Below are positions 18,353 through 28,236 of a stretch of 64,000 bases of DNA, one piece after another (the stretch's first letter is position 1; every line of letters begins with the position of its first letter). The stretch is from a virus, in the IMG/VR virus record IMGVR_UViG_3300002925_000021, positions 15,884 to 79,883 of that record; one strand, given 5' to 3'. The position numbers were made by a program, and so were the translations under genes. Under the pieces are notes generated by a model. The model was given only the letters and a program-made list of their open reading frames with translations. It did not search any database and was not told where the DNA came from.

Positions 18353-18901
18353 TTAGGCCATTGCTAATCGTTGTTGGAGAAGATAGACATGGTTTTCATG
18401 CCTATCAAGAATATCTCCAATCAGATTGGCAACTCCAACCGTTAGAAGTTCCTCTTTTTCCAATCTCTTCTGAATCATCTCGCCAACCGCAATAAGCACA
18501 ATTTCGGCTTGCAGTGAGACTACCATCGGTGGTTTGCTGCTATCCGAGATGGCATCCATGAAGGCTTTCATGTGCTTTATTTGCAAGAAATAGTTGGTAA
18601 GAGCAGGAGAGTCCAAACCAACAATCTTCTCTGCTAGGGAATCTACCTCATTTCCAACAGCTTCATAGAGACGCTGGAAGAGCAAATGATCCCCGTAGAA
18701 GGAAACGCCAAGAGTCTGCCAGTGATGAGATTGATGGATAACACCCAGAGCTCTCAGGAAGCCAAGCCAGACAGCAAGGTCGGCATACCTGAACCCCTGG
18801 CTGTCATAGATTGCAATCTCCTTTGGGAACACTTCTTGGGCCACCTTATGACCGCGCTTCTGTTCAATAACAGAGATCGATTCAGTTAGACGATGTTTCA
18901 T
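18353..18901 (-). CDS. Dps/ferritin-like protein
   Basis: HHWQTLG..FYGDHLLFQRLYE......DSLAE and late HE..H pattern. Confidence 0.8.
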   Translation of the reverse strand: MKHRLTESISVIEQKRGHKVAQEVFPKEIAIYDSQGFRYADLAVWLGFLRALGVIHQSHHWQTLGVSFYGDHLLFQRLYEAVGNEVDSLAEKIVGLDSPALTNYFLQIKHMKAFMDAISDSSKPPMVVSLQAEIVLIAVGEMIQKRLEKEELLTVGVANLIGDILDRHENHVYLLQQRLAMA

Positions 18902-18914
18902 GGATCACCAAGGC

Positions 18915-18948
18915 TAAATAGATGGCAACGGATGTGACCCTCTATTTA
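18915..18948. promoter_or_regulatory. Divergent pair of candidate late promoter motifs (TATTTA)
   Basis: TATTTA on minus at 18915-18920 and on plus at 18943-18948, each just upstream of a divergent gene. Confidence 0.5.
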
Positions 18949-18970
18949 CACAATAGCGATAGGAAACACC

Positions 18971-19399
18971 ATGGCTTTTCAATATCCAGGATCGGGTCAA
19001 AGCAACGTAGCGGAGTTCATGATGTCTCCACTGCCATTTGTAACCCAATCCAGTGCAGGAACATCTACCCCAACCAGGATTGACTTCCCTTACGTCTCAA
19101 GGCATTTCACTGTTCGAAATACCAGTGCCAATGCTTTGGAAATTGGGTTTACCATCAATGGTGTCTTGGGGACGAACAGGTTCACTGTTCCAGCCAATTC
19201 TACCTTTGGCCCCGTGGATATGAGAGTCAGAACAATGTATTTTGTTGGTGTTGGGGGTGTAGCCACCTTTGATCTTTTGGCCGGAATGACCTTGATTAAC
19301 ACCAAGACTTTCCCCGTTCTTACCGGTTCTTCTCCAATTGCTCTCAATATCACCAGCAGTCTGTATGAGAACTACTTAAGCTACCATGGTTTGGGCTAA
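18971..19399 (+). CDS. Hypothetical beta-rich protein, probably structural
   Basis: 142 aa S/T/G-rich ORF, AGGA RBS, TATTTA upstream. Confidence 0.65.
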   Translation: MAFQYPGSGQSNVAEFMMSPLPFVTQSSAGTSTPTRIDFPYVSRHFTVRNTSANALEIGFTINGVLGTNRFTVPANSTFGPVDMRVRTMYFVGVGGVATFDLLAGMTLINTKTFPVLTGSSPIALNITSSLYENYLSYHGLG

Positions 19400-19420
19400 A
19401 AGCCCAAACTAGTCGTTTTT

Positions 19421-19804
19421 TCAACCGTCCGGTCCTTTTACAAAGAAAGTTCCAAAGGTTGATAACATATCTCGGAACTTCATCAAGAAGCGGACGAGCT
19501 TCTTGTTTTTGTATTGCCCTTTGTTGACGTGAACCAGTTCCCAGTAGGTGTCATTCCACCTGGAATAGTTTCTTACCAGTTCATGGAGCGATACCTTTAC
19601 CTTTTCCAAGGCAGCAAATTCAGCAAAAGGCCGGAAATCCAAGTGAAGAACATTATCCCCTTCGACCGGAGGCGTAGGGTTTTTAATTTCTGCTACCAAG
19701 GTTTGATCGGCCACCTTGAGCGTTTCAGTCATTTCGTTGATTTGAGCTTTCAGCAAGTCAATTTCCTGTTGGGAGTATTCGACAGTATTTACAAGCAGCA
19801 TCAC
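19421..19804 (-). CDS. Hypothetical protein
   Basis: 127 aa ORF with N-terminal coiled coil. Confidence 0.6.
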   Translation of the reverse strand: MMLLVNTVEYSQQEIDLLKAQINEMTETLKVADQTLVAEIKNPTPPVEGDNVLHLDFRPFAEFAALEKVKVSLHELVRNYSRWNDTYWELVHVNKGQYKNKKLVRFLMKFRDMLSTFGTFFVKGPDG

Positions 19805-20054
19805 TGGTTTATAGGGTGAGAGGAAAGAAAATTGTATGCTTCAATTTCCACTTCTCGGACAGTAGATTTTGAAGCTGCAAAGAGGTTGTTGTTACCGCAC
19901 TCGGCCTTACGAACCGAATTGCTTAGTCCGTTGGAGAAGAAAAAGTCTCTACCACGGGAACAAGACCAGGCTGTGATGTTGTATTGCCCCATGCTTGCAC
20001 AGGACAAAGCAGCTTAGCGTTCACTTCCTATTCAAACTGTGTGCTAAGTACCTT

Positions 20055-20196
20055 TTGGCATCAACCTTGGCTTGAAAGCCATGATTTCTACGGTGTGTCC
20101 TGCCTTTGGTTTCGGCAACAGAAGTATTCTAGACGGTTACGCCGTCCGCGCAACCCTTCCCCGTCATGAACAGTGCTGTTTGCCACCACGCACCGA
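20055..20196 (-). mobile_element. ORF-less IS200/IS605-type mini element (long form, 142 nt)
   Basis: CTGAC|tcggtgcgtggtggcaaacagcactgttcatgacggggaagggttgcgcggacggc...gacacaccgtagaaatcatggctttcaagccaaggttgatgccaa. Confidence 0.75.
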
Positions 20197-20206
20197 GTCA
20201 GAAACT

Positions 20207-20986
20207 TCAAAACTGATCTTCATTCTTGAACCTTGGCAACCGCTTTTTAGCATATGTTATCCAGGCGAACAACAATTTTTCAGTGAATTCTTGCGCTTCC
20301 TCAGAAGTAATCAGCTTATTCCTTTGTAAATCCGTGGTAAGTTCATCTTTCTTCTTCTGCAGAACTTGTAATAAAGGAACCTTCTTAGACTTGGCCTCCT
20401 TGTACATTCCCATAACCCACGCTTCTATTTCGTGAGGCGAGAAAAAATAACTGTAAGCGGCTTCGAGTGTAGAGAAGGGACGCGTTCCAGGTACATATCC
20501 TAGATGATTGGCCAGTCCTGGTTCCTTGTAATGAATTCCTCGTTTGGGTTCTTCGTATCCACTTCTCTGATACTGACGGTGGTGTTCCAGTTCATGGCGA
20601 ATTGTATTTTTCAGAACTGGAATGGTTCTTCGTATCCACTTCTCTGATACTGACGGTGGTGTTCCAGTTCATGGCGAATTGTATTTTTCAGAACTGGAAT
20701 GAAATCAGAAAGTTCGCGGTCATTGAACTCAAACGGGACGATAATGTCAACCTTGATCGTACGATAGACGTCATTGTACCCACCACCAGCTAACCGGAGA
20801 CGCCCGTTGTCCCTGCTGTATTTCACATAGACATCAAGATCTTTCAATTCCACACACAAAATGGGAAGTTTCTTTTGATCCCGATTTCTCTTAAGATGAA
20901 TGATGATAATCCTAGAAAGCTGAGTGGTTAGATTGTTCATACGGGATAACCCCTCGGATTAGCGCTTCCAATTCACGTTTCTTCAT
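20207..20986 (-). pseudogene. HExxH metallopeptidase-like gene, disrupted
   Basis: MKKRELEALIRGVI leader is out of frame by +1 at 20943-20945; HELEH is followed by a 77-bp duplication, then YFFSPHEIEAW in another frame. Confidence 0.75.
20547..20700. repeat. Exact 77-bp tandem duplication
   Basis: 20547-20623 is identical to 20624-20700. Confidence 0.95.
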
Positions 20987-21068
20987 GCGGGTAATTATTA
21001 ACAATAACCGGGCAACAATTGCCAGTCTGTTCCTAACTGAAACCCTTTGGAAGAGTTACGACCTTCTA

Positions 21069-21218
21069 TTGACATCCTTCTCGCCTGAAGGTCTGAGATT
21101 TCTAGGGTGTGTCATGCCGTAGGCAGCCTTGGGTTTCGGCGGCGAACTCATTATAGGGCGGCGATGCCGTACGCGCAACCCTTCCCTGTTATGAACGGCG
21201 TGGCTTGCCACATACTGG
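21069..21218 (-). mobile_element. ORF-less IS200/IS605-type mini element (long form, 150 nt)
   Basis: TTGAA|ccagtatgtggcaagccacgccgttcataacagggaagggttgcgcg...gacacaccctagaaatctcagaccttcaggcgagaaggatgtcaa; RE ends like IS608/IS605 (GATGTCAA). Confidence 0.8.
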
Positions 21219-21316
21219 TTCAACAAGAACACCAACACGCTGACCAAGTTGTTCAAAGGTGGGTTCGGTAGGATTGGTCATGACGCTATCATAACACTAT
21301 CAAAAGTGTATTTGTG

Positions 21317-21502
21317 CTAAATTGATTGACTTACAGTTTCCGGCGGTAGTTCAGGTAGGACTTCCTGATCATCCAGTTCCCAGTCATCTTCAAACTTTGG
21401 GAAGAACACGTCACCCTCATGTTCCCCCTTCACCAGCGTAAGGTAAAGACGTGTGGCTGCCGGAAGCGCTTGTTCATAAATCTGAGCACCTCCAATGACC
21501 AT
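21317..21502 (-). pseudogene. folA: Dihydrofolate reductase C-terminal fragment
   Basis: [16 protein letters not shown]...LYLT.V.....GDVFFP; in-frame stop ~15 codons upstream and no N-terminal half found nearby. Confidence 0.8.
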
Positions 21503-21568
21503 GATTTCTTCTCCTAAATCAAGCGTTCTTCCTGGCCTCTTGGTTTATCCCAGTATAGCCCAACGCTT

Positions 21569-22354
21569 CTAATCGGTTCTCTTGCGGTTCTTGGGGGCTG
21601 GGGTTCCTCTCGCCTCAGGCGGAATGGGTTCGAAGTGCTCAGGGAACTGATTCTTGATTACCAGTGAAGCCTTCGGAACCGGCGGTACTGCGTTCCTAGG
21701 TGCCGGGGCGGTATTGGGAAACAATCGCTTGTACCGGGTCAGCAATGCCTCAAACTCGTCCATCGGCATGTCCTTAATTTGCTTGGACATGTTCGTAAAA
21801 GAAGAAGTGGGAACCTTGTAGCTCGAATTGCTGTACCAGATGTTCTGGTGCCACTCGCCCAGGTGTTCGTTCAAGATCCAGGTTCGGCCCTTTCCATCCA
21901 TGAACACCACCTTGCTGTATCCAATATAGGCTTCCAGCATTTCCCGGTGAAATTGTTTCTTCACGGCCAACAGCGGATCGGTGTAGTTCTCTGCCAAGGT
22001 TTTGGCGAATACGGCTGTGTCGGAAATCTTATCCGTCGTCTTGTGAACCAGGGGTCGGATCACACCATTGTGAACCAATGCCAGCTTGTTCTCGACCACC
22101 CAGAAAGGGTGGGTCATCTCCGGGGAGATGGGTCCGTGAGTCCTGATCCGAAAGTGCAAGGCCATCTTTCGGAGCGGTCCCGCTTGTTCCATGGCATTCT
22201 CCAGGGCGTCAAGGGTCATAAGCCCCTTGACCACATGGACCTTGCCACCATTGGCGTACATGAACCCGGCACCATGCGGATTTGTATCCCACATGACTCG
22301 AAGCTGGTCACGAGTCAAAATCACTTTCTCCGGCTTGAGAACGATGATGCACAT
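21569..22354 (-). CDS. Class II glutamine amidotransferase (Ntn hydrolase)
   Basis: N-terminal MC, NPHGAG, HFRI.THG, HPF, HNG, SDT motifs. Confidence 0.9.
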   Translation of the reverse strand: MCIIVLKPEKVILTRDQLRVMWDTNPHGAGFMYANGGKVHVVKGLMTLDALENAMEQAGPLRKMALHFRIRTHGPISPEMTHPFWVVENKLALVHNGVIRPLVHKTTDKISDTAVFAKTLAENYTDPLLAVKKQFHREMLEAYIGYSKVVFMDGKGRTWILNEHLGEWHQNIWYSNSSYKVPTSSFTNMSKQIKDMPMDEFEALLTRYKRLFPNTAPAPRNAVPPVPKASLVIKNQFPEHFEPIPPEARGTPAPKNRKRTD

Positions 22355-22381
22355 GTTGTTCCCGTTTCCTTTCGCCCTATC

Positions 22382-22409
22382 AACCTAACCAAACCGGGTA
22401 GTGTGTCAA
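22382..22409 (-). promoter_or_regulatory. Sigma70-type promoter for the amidotransferase gene
   Basis: TTGACA-N16-TAGGTT, then AAAGGA before the ATG. Confidence 0.45.
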
Positions 22410-22476
22410 GGGCTAAGTGATAGGAAACATTAGAAGTCACTCTCTCTCAAAGCGAACCCTGTGTCCAGAAAATGTC

Positions 22477-23373
22477 CTATACGGCCACTGGCGCCTTGAT
22501 GACTGGATGAGAGTTGTAGTTGAACAACTTGACATGTTCTGGCTTGAAGCCGTCAATTTCCTTCACGGAAGGATCAAGCCAAAGCTGAGGCAACGGCAGT
22601 GGTTCACGCTGCAACTGTTCTTTGACTTGTTCAAGATGCGTTTGATAGACATGCAAATCACCAAAGGTATGAATAAACTCGCCGACCTCCAAACCTGTTA
22701 CCTGAGCCACCATATGAGTTAGGAGGGCATAGGAGGCAATGTTGAAGGGGACTCCCAAGAATGCATCTGCCGAACGCTGGTAGAGCTGGCAATTCAATCT
22801 TGTGTTTCCATGAGACACCCGAAACTGGAACAAGGTATGACAGGGCGGAAGAGCTACCTTGTCACAGTTGGCGGGATCCCAACCAGTGACAATTAACCGA
22901 CGACAAGACGGGTTGGTTTTGATCCGATCAATCACACGCTGAATTTGGTCGATGGTTTGGAGTTGAAAACCTTCCTTGTCTCCACCAAATTCGCCTGTGA
23001 CATCTTCGGGCCAAACGTGCTTGGTCTTGTCCGGAGCTTCCCAGCTTCTCCAAAGCTTCCCATATACAGGCCCCAGGTCGCCTTCCTTGCGACCGAACTT
23101 GGCCGTTTGTTCTGCCGTTGCCCACTCATCCCAAATGTGAACGTTGTTGTCCTGAAGGTATTTGATATTGGTGTCCCCTGAGAGAAACCAAATCAGTTCC
23201 ACGACAACCCCTCGAAAGAAGAGCTTCTTGGTGGTTACGGCTGGGAAGCCATCTCGGAGGTTGTATCTTGTCTGGTAACCAAAGACACTGTAGTAGCCTT
23301 CTTTGGTCCTCCCGTTGGGGATGTATTCTCCATTCTCCAAGGTATACCGGAGCAATTCATGATACTGACGCAT
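22477..23373 (-). CDS. thyA: Thymidylate synthase
   Basis: [29 protein letters not shown]. Confidence 0.97.
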   Translation of the reverse strand: MRQYHELLRYTLENGEYIPNGRTKEGYYSVFGYQTRYNLRDGFPAVTTKKLFFRGVVVELIWFLSGDTNIKYLQDNNVHIWDEWATAEQTAKFGRKEGDLGPVYGKLWRSWEAPDKTKHVWPEDVTGEFGGDKEGFQLQTIDQIQRVIDRIKTNPSCRRLIVTGWDPANCDKVALPPCHTLFQFRVSHGNTRLNCQLYQRSADAFLGVPFNIASYALLTHMVAQVTGLEVGEFIHTFGDLHVYQTHLEQVKEQLQREPLPLPQLWLDPSVKEIDGFKPEHVKLFNYNSHPVIKAPVAV

Positions 23374-23377
23374 GCAG

Positions 23378-23671
23378 TTATCGCCTCTTTATACCCAAAG
23401 GGGGGACAATGACCAGGATGCCTTTCTCACACATCAGTTTGAGTCTTCTGATAGCTTGTTCTGGCGTAATCTTGTCCGTTGCAGAAAGGATTTGAACAAC
23501 AGCTTTCAAGTCCATGACCGATAGAAAACTTGGAGCCTTCTTCTTCTTCTTCTTGGCCGGAACCATTTGGATGACGGTTATATTTGTCGAAAGAGACTCG
23601 GCCGGTTCAATAGCCTGGACCGGAAGGGTACCGTTATTTGCTTTTTCGTTCATACTTCCTATGATAGCCAA
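23378..23671 (-). CDS. Hypothetical protein
   Basis: 97 aa ORF between co-oriented genes; poly-Lys patch. Confidence 0.55.
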   Translation of the reverse strand: MAIIGSMNEKANNGTLPVQAIEPAESLSTNITVIQMVPAKKKKKKAPSFLSVMDLKAVVQILSATDKITPEQAIRRLKLMCEKGILVIVPPLGIKRR

Positions 23672-23683
23672 TTTGAGTAGAAG

Positions 23684-24964
23684 TTACTTCTTTTTAGGGC
23701 GAACAGAACGATCTTGAAGTGAAGGAAGGCTGATAGAGATCCCCATAGAAGACGGATCATCTAGACTGTAGGGGTTCTTGTTCAAGTTTTTGTTTACCTT
23801 GCGGACAATAGCAACCTGTTTGTCCCTCCCTGATTCGTCTTCATTCCTTCCAGAAGAGAAGCCTACATAGGTATCACCGTAAGGCTGTTTGCGATGGGCA
23901 CCACCCACATGTTTTTGGCCCATGGCATCAAGGATATTCTCTTGAGTTATCTTGGGTTCCAAGTGTTCTGAAGAGAGAAGGCTATATCCTGCCTTTATCT
24001 TGTGTTTCTTGCCCTCATTCTTGGGGTGGTCCGAACCTGGCTTATCGCCCGACCATAGTTTCTTTTTGCCAGGGGCAGTGTTCATGCCAAGAGGCCCTGT
24101 ATAGCCAACAATGGCCCCGCTGCCAATTACGTTGGCCTCTGGAAGGTCTTGGCTTTGGGTCTGTTTCACAAAGGCATTATCATTTGCAGGGATTTTACCA
24201 GTGAACTTGCTAACATCGTACTTGCCCCTTGGCACTTCAACAGGGGATGTTTTCCCGGTGTACTTCCAGATATACCACGTTGTAGCCTGAACAGCCTGTA
24301 CTGGGACGCCAAGTTCTTCAGCAGCTTTCTGGTAATCAGCCACCATTTGAACCCGTTCTTTAGCACTTGGGTTCCGAAGTCCCTTTAGAGGGGTCTTTTC
24401 TCCTCTCCAGATATTGATGGCATGGCCATCAAGGACCATATCCTTCTCAACACTAGCAGGGTCCATCAAGGACTTATAGAAAACTGTGACCTTTGGACCT
24501 GTTACCAACCTAGTATCGCCTTTTTTCAAGATATCAAGTGCTCTGGTAACCTGCGAAGGGTAAGCATTGATCTTGGTATCCCCCTTTAGCAATCTTTCTG
24601 CTGCTAGGAGGTTTCCGTTCCACTTATTTCCAGGTGAGAGAACAGCGACAATAGCGGCCATAACTGGGAATGGAAGATTGAACTGTCTAGCAAGTTCTTC
24701 AACATCTGCTTTGGCATTGTGATACCAACGGCCCCAATACTCTTTTTCGGCGGGAGTCGCTTGGTTGTACACTGCTTTGATGTTTTCCACCCCTCCATTT
24801 GGTTTTAGACCAAGCTTATCCATTGGTAGGGCGTTTGGCCTCTTTGGTTCCAGGATCCTCGATGCCTCATCCATCTCTTGTTCAACCAGAACGGAGATGA
24901 ACTCAACAAGGGCGTTCTGGTTCTTGTTCCCGTAGTCGGTGAAACTTTCAATGGTTGTCTTCAT
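23684..24964 (-). CDS. Conserved phage protein, possible HhH glycosylase-like core, with leader
   Basis: WY...A...A.LSP...W..N, GPKV..FY, VLDGHA, QA.TW pattern; TAATTA 7 nt upstream. Confidence 0.6.
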   Translation of the reverse strand: MKTTIESFTDYGNKNQNALVEFISVLVEQEMDEASRILEPKRPNALPMDKLGLKPNGGVENIKAVYNQATPAEKEYWGRWYHNAKADVEELARQFNLPFPVMAAIVAVLSPGNKWNGNLLAAERLLKGDTKINAYPSQVTRALDILKKGDTRLVTGPKVTVFYKSLMDPASVEKDMVLDGHAINIWRGEKTPLKGLRNPSAKERVQMVADYQKAAEELGVPVQAVQATTWYIWKYTGKTSPVEVPRGKYDVSKFTGKIPANDNAFVKQTQSQDLPEANVIGSGAIVGYTGPLGMNTAPGKKKLWSGDKPGSDHPKNEGKKHKIKAGYSLLSSEHLEPKITQENILDAMGQKHVGGAHRKQPYGDTYVGFSSGRNEDESGRDKQVAIVRKVNKNLNKNPYSLDDPSSMGISISLPSLQDRSVRPKKK

Positions 24965-25710
24965 ATTCTCTAATTAGACATTTTGGTATGTTACTACCCC
25001 ATTCCCTCGAAGACGGCTGTTCCACTGTAATGGATTGTTCATACCAAAAGAAAACATTAAACAGAATCTTTGAGGGAAGGCCAATTCCATTCGCAAACTT
25101 TCCTTACCACCTCCACTGTCAAGTGTGACATTGACTTGAAGAGTTATCGAAGTCGAACACCTGGGGTCAATTTCCAAGGCGGTAATGTATGGGAAGAAAA
25201 ATATTTGGTTCCAAGTTCCCTTGATAGTCTTGAGGAACTCATGCCGGATCCTTTCGGGAACACACCGGCAAGACTATTCCCTTTCTGAATGACTTTCCAA
25301 GTTCCGGCAACCAAAAACTCTTCCTTTGAGTTTTCATGATCTGTTCTTTGTGGGTGTCATAGAACAGAACATTAATGGTGTAGGCGCCACAAAGCACATC
25401 CTGTTCAATGGATGTGAATTCCACAGAGCCCCTACATCAGACCGGAAGGTAGTTAGATCGTACTCCCATGAGTGGGAAGACTTATTAGGATGACGCGAAG
25501 GCTTTTCCAAACAACTGGATCAGGAAAACCTTGCGGTTCTGAACCCGGAACATGGCAATCCTTTGAATGATAGCCGTGGAAAGCATCTCGGACAGCACCC
25601 CAACGGTTCCTACCCGGCTTCTTGGAAGCCAGAAGCAATTCGGCGAAGATCTAGGGGAAGTTGCGGATGGATTTTGTCCGTTTAGATGTAAGGAGGGTTT
25701 GGAAAGAATT

Positions 25711-28209
25711 TTATCCGCACTTGCCGAAACCACAGTCCAGGCAAGTTACACAGCCTGACTGGTAACTGAGGTTGCTGGAACCGCAGTGGGGGCACTTCTT
25801 TAGGGACGTCTTCGAACCATCCTTGATATAATTCTTCAACACCCTGGAGATGACCTTGGAGAAGGAGAACAGGTCCGACTCCTTTTCGGCTCCCTTAAGG
25901 AGTTGTTCACAAACATACTGGACAGGGGTTCCATGTCGCAAGGACAAAGAGATGGTCCGCGTGAAAGCTGAATTGATGGGGTTTTCAAAGACATTTCCAA
26001 TGTCCTTGATGATTACCTCATCATCAGACCCCTTCTCGTAATCGTAGTGAAAATCATAACGGGCATGGTTGCTCCCCCCATTATTCTTCACAATCTTACC
26101 AGCCCGGACCCTTTTGGGCAAGGTTACGAACTTTGCAAGACCGCCCATAATCTCATAGGGTCTGTCGTTGAACTTTCCAACGAAGATGGTCCATTTCTCT
26201 CCTTGGATGGTAGAGTGATAAACATCACACTCCAGTTCTTGAGGCCGCTTTGGAGCGTGGTGGTCCTCAAACACAGGGGTCTTTGCCTTCTTGATAGCCT
26301 TCTCGTCCAGGATCACGCCTGCACGAGAGTTCTTCCGGTAGATAGTCACTCCCTTGCAGCCCTTCTCCCACCCACGCATGTAGACTTCCTTCACGGTGTC
26401 TACAGTGATATCTTCTGGGAGGTTAGTGGTGTTAGAAATGGAATGATCAATCCATTTCTGGGCCGCACCTTGCATGTCTACCTTGGCAACCCAATCTACG
26501 TCGTCCGCTGTCGAGTTCCAATATGGGGACTCCTGGATGTCTGCATCGGTCTTGCCGTTGATTTCCTTCCAGGCTTCAAACCCGGTGTGATAAATGAAGA
26601 ATTCTTGCCACTTGTCGCCAAGGTCATCGACAAAATCAACACGAGCATCCTTGTCCGTTGGGTTGATTTTTTTCCGGCGGATAGATCGAATGTAAAGAAC
26701 GTTCTCAATGCCAGAGGTGGTCCCGAAGCCCTTAACAGACTTCGCCAGCATAGAAGTAGAACCGGCAGGCGGTGTTGTTAGATTTGCAATGTTACGACGG
26801 CCGTACAACATGTACTTCTTATGCAACTCAGGTTCGGCGTCCCAAATTCGCTGCAAAAATGGGTGGTCCTTCTCAAGTTCATGAGAAAAAACAGGGAAAG
26901 GGCCTCGCTCTTGGGCCAGGTCAATGGAAGAAGTATAACTGTTCAAAGCCAAAGTCCGATAGATGTGTTCAACCACCCGAATGCTATCTTCTGAACCATA
27001 ACGGGTTCCCAAGGCGGCCAAGGTGTCGCCTACGGCAGTCAAACCAAGACCTGTCCTCCGACCATTCAAACAGGCTTCACGGATTTTGTTCCACAAAGCC
27101 AATTCAACACTCTTGATGTGGTCAGGTTCCGGATCAGACTTGATCTTTGCCAGGATGCCATCAATAGCTTCAAGTTCCAAGTCTACGATATCATCCATGA
27201 GCCGCTGAGCAATACGAACAATTCTAGCAAACTCTTTCCAGTTCATCTGAGCCTGCTTGGTGAATGGCTTTTCTACAAAAGAAAGCACATTCACAAGCAG
27301 AAGACGGCAGGAGTCATAAGCAGAAAGTGTAATTTCACCGCATGGATTGGTTGAAATGGTTCTGAACTTCGGGTAACAGTTCGCTGGGCAATACTTCATA
27401 ATTTCATCCCAGAACAGAAGACCCGGTTCGGCACTTTTATGGGCCGCTGTGATAATTTCGGTCCAGAGTTCATTGGCATCCACCTTTTCAGTGATGACTG
27501 GCATTGGAGAATCCACCGGGAACCGGAGTTCGACTTTCTCTTTATTCCTGACCGCATTCATGAATTCGTCAGAAAGGCGAATGGAGATATTCGCTCCAGT
27601 CACCTTCTTCAGGTCTTCCTTGACGTGAATAAACGTCCGAATCTCAGGGTGATGCACCGAAATGGTAAGCATCAAAGCCCCTCTACGGCCATTCTGAGCG
27701 GTTCTACGGCAGGCATCAGAGAAGTCCTCCATGAAGACTTCAATGCCATCTGTGGTGCCTGCAGCGTTGCTGGTGGCCATCCCTTTGGGCCGGATGGTAG
27801 AGATGTCGAAACCAACACCCCCACGCCGCTTCATGATTTCCTTCTCCTCAATGATAGTATGCCCAATTCCAGACATACTGTCGTATGGTGATTCAATCAC
27901 AAAGCAGTTCGAAAGACTCATCTTCTGGAACTTGTTGCCGATTCCAGCCATTGGAGAACCTTGTGGGATGATATAGCGGAATTGATCCAGGTAACCAAAT
28001 ATTTCCTCCTCGGAAAGAGGATTGGGGTACTTGGCCTCAACTCGGGCAAATTCCCTGGCAAGACGTCGATGCATCTTATCCGGAGTTTCTTCCAGGATTT
28101 CGCCTTCTTTGTTCTTTAAGGCATACTTGTCGACAAACACCTTCGCTGCCACCTTGCTGCCTTGGAAGTATTCAGTGGACTTTTCTAGTGCTTCTGCGTA
28201 CGTAACCAT
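25711..28209 (-). CDS. nrdJ: Class II (B12-dependent) ribonucleotide reductase
   Basis: SNCFV, TNPCGEI, RRTGLG, PAGSTS; C-terminal CxxC...CxxC zinc ribbon. Confidence 0.92.
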   Translation of the reverse strand: MVTYAEALEKSTEYFQGSKVAAKVFVDKYALKNKEGEILEETPDKMHRRLAREFARVEAKYPNPLSEEEIFGYLDQFRYIIPQGSPMAGIGNKFQKMSLSNCFVIESPYDSMSGIGHTIIEEKEIMKRRGGVGFDISTIRPKGMATSNAAGTTDGIEVFMEDFSDACRRTAQNGRRGALMLTISVHHPEIRTFIHVKEDLKKVTGANISIRLSDEFMNAVRNKEKVELRFPVDSPMPVITEKVDANELWTEIITAAHKSAEPGLLFWDEIMKYCPANCYPKFRTISTNPCGEITLSAYDSCRLLLVNVLSFVEKPFTKQAQMNWKEFARIVRIAQRLMDDIVDLELEAIDGILAKIKSDPEPDHIKSVELALWNKIREACLNGRRTGLGLTAVGDTLAALGTRYGSEDSIRVVEHIYRTLALNSYTSSIDLAQERGPFPVFSHELEKDHPFLQRIWDAEPELHKKYMLYGRRNIANLTTPPAGSTSMLAKSVKGFGTTSGIENVLYIRSIRRKKINPTDKDARVDFVDDLGDKWQEFFIYHTGFEAWKEINGKTDADIQESPYWNSTADDVDWVAKVDMQGAAQKWIDHSISNTTNLPEDITVDTVKEVYMRGWEKGCKGVTIYRKNSRAGVILDEKAIKKAKTPVFEDHHAPKRPQELECDVYHSTIQGEKWTIFVGKFNDRPYEIMGGLAKFVTLPKRVRAGKIVKNNGGSNHARYDFHYDYEKGSDDEVIIKDIGNVFENPINSAFTRTISLSLRHGTPVQYVCEQLLKGAEKESDLFSFSKVISRVLKNYIKDGSKTSLKKCPHCGSSNLSYQSGCVTCLDCGFGKCG

Positions 28210-28236
28210 CTATTTTCTCTCCTTATTATACTATTC

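Noticed and set aside
24974-25700. Possible multiply frameshifted gene between nrdJ and the 24964 gene
   Set aside because: Several short overlapping frames exist, but no recognisable motif lets me choose or join them.
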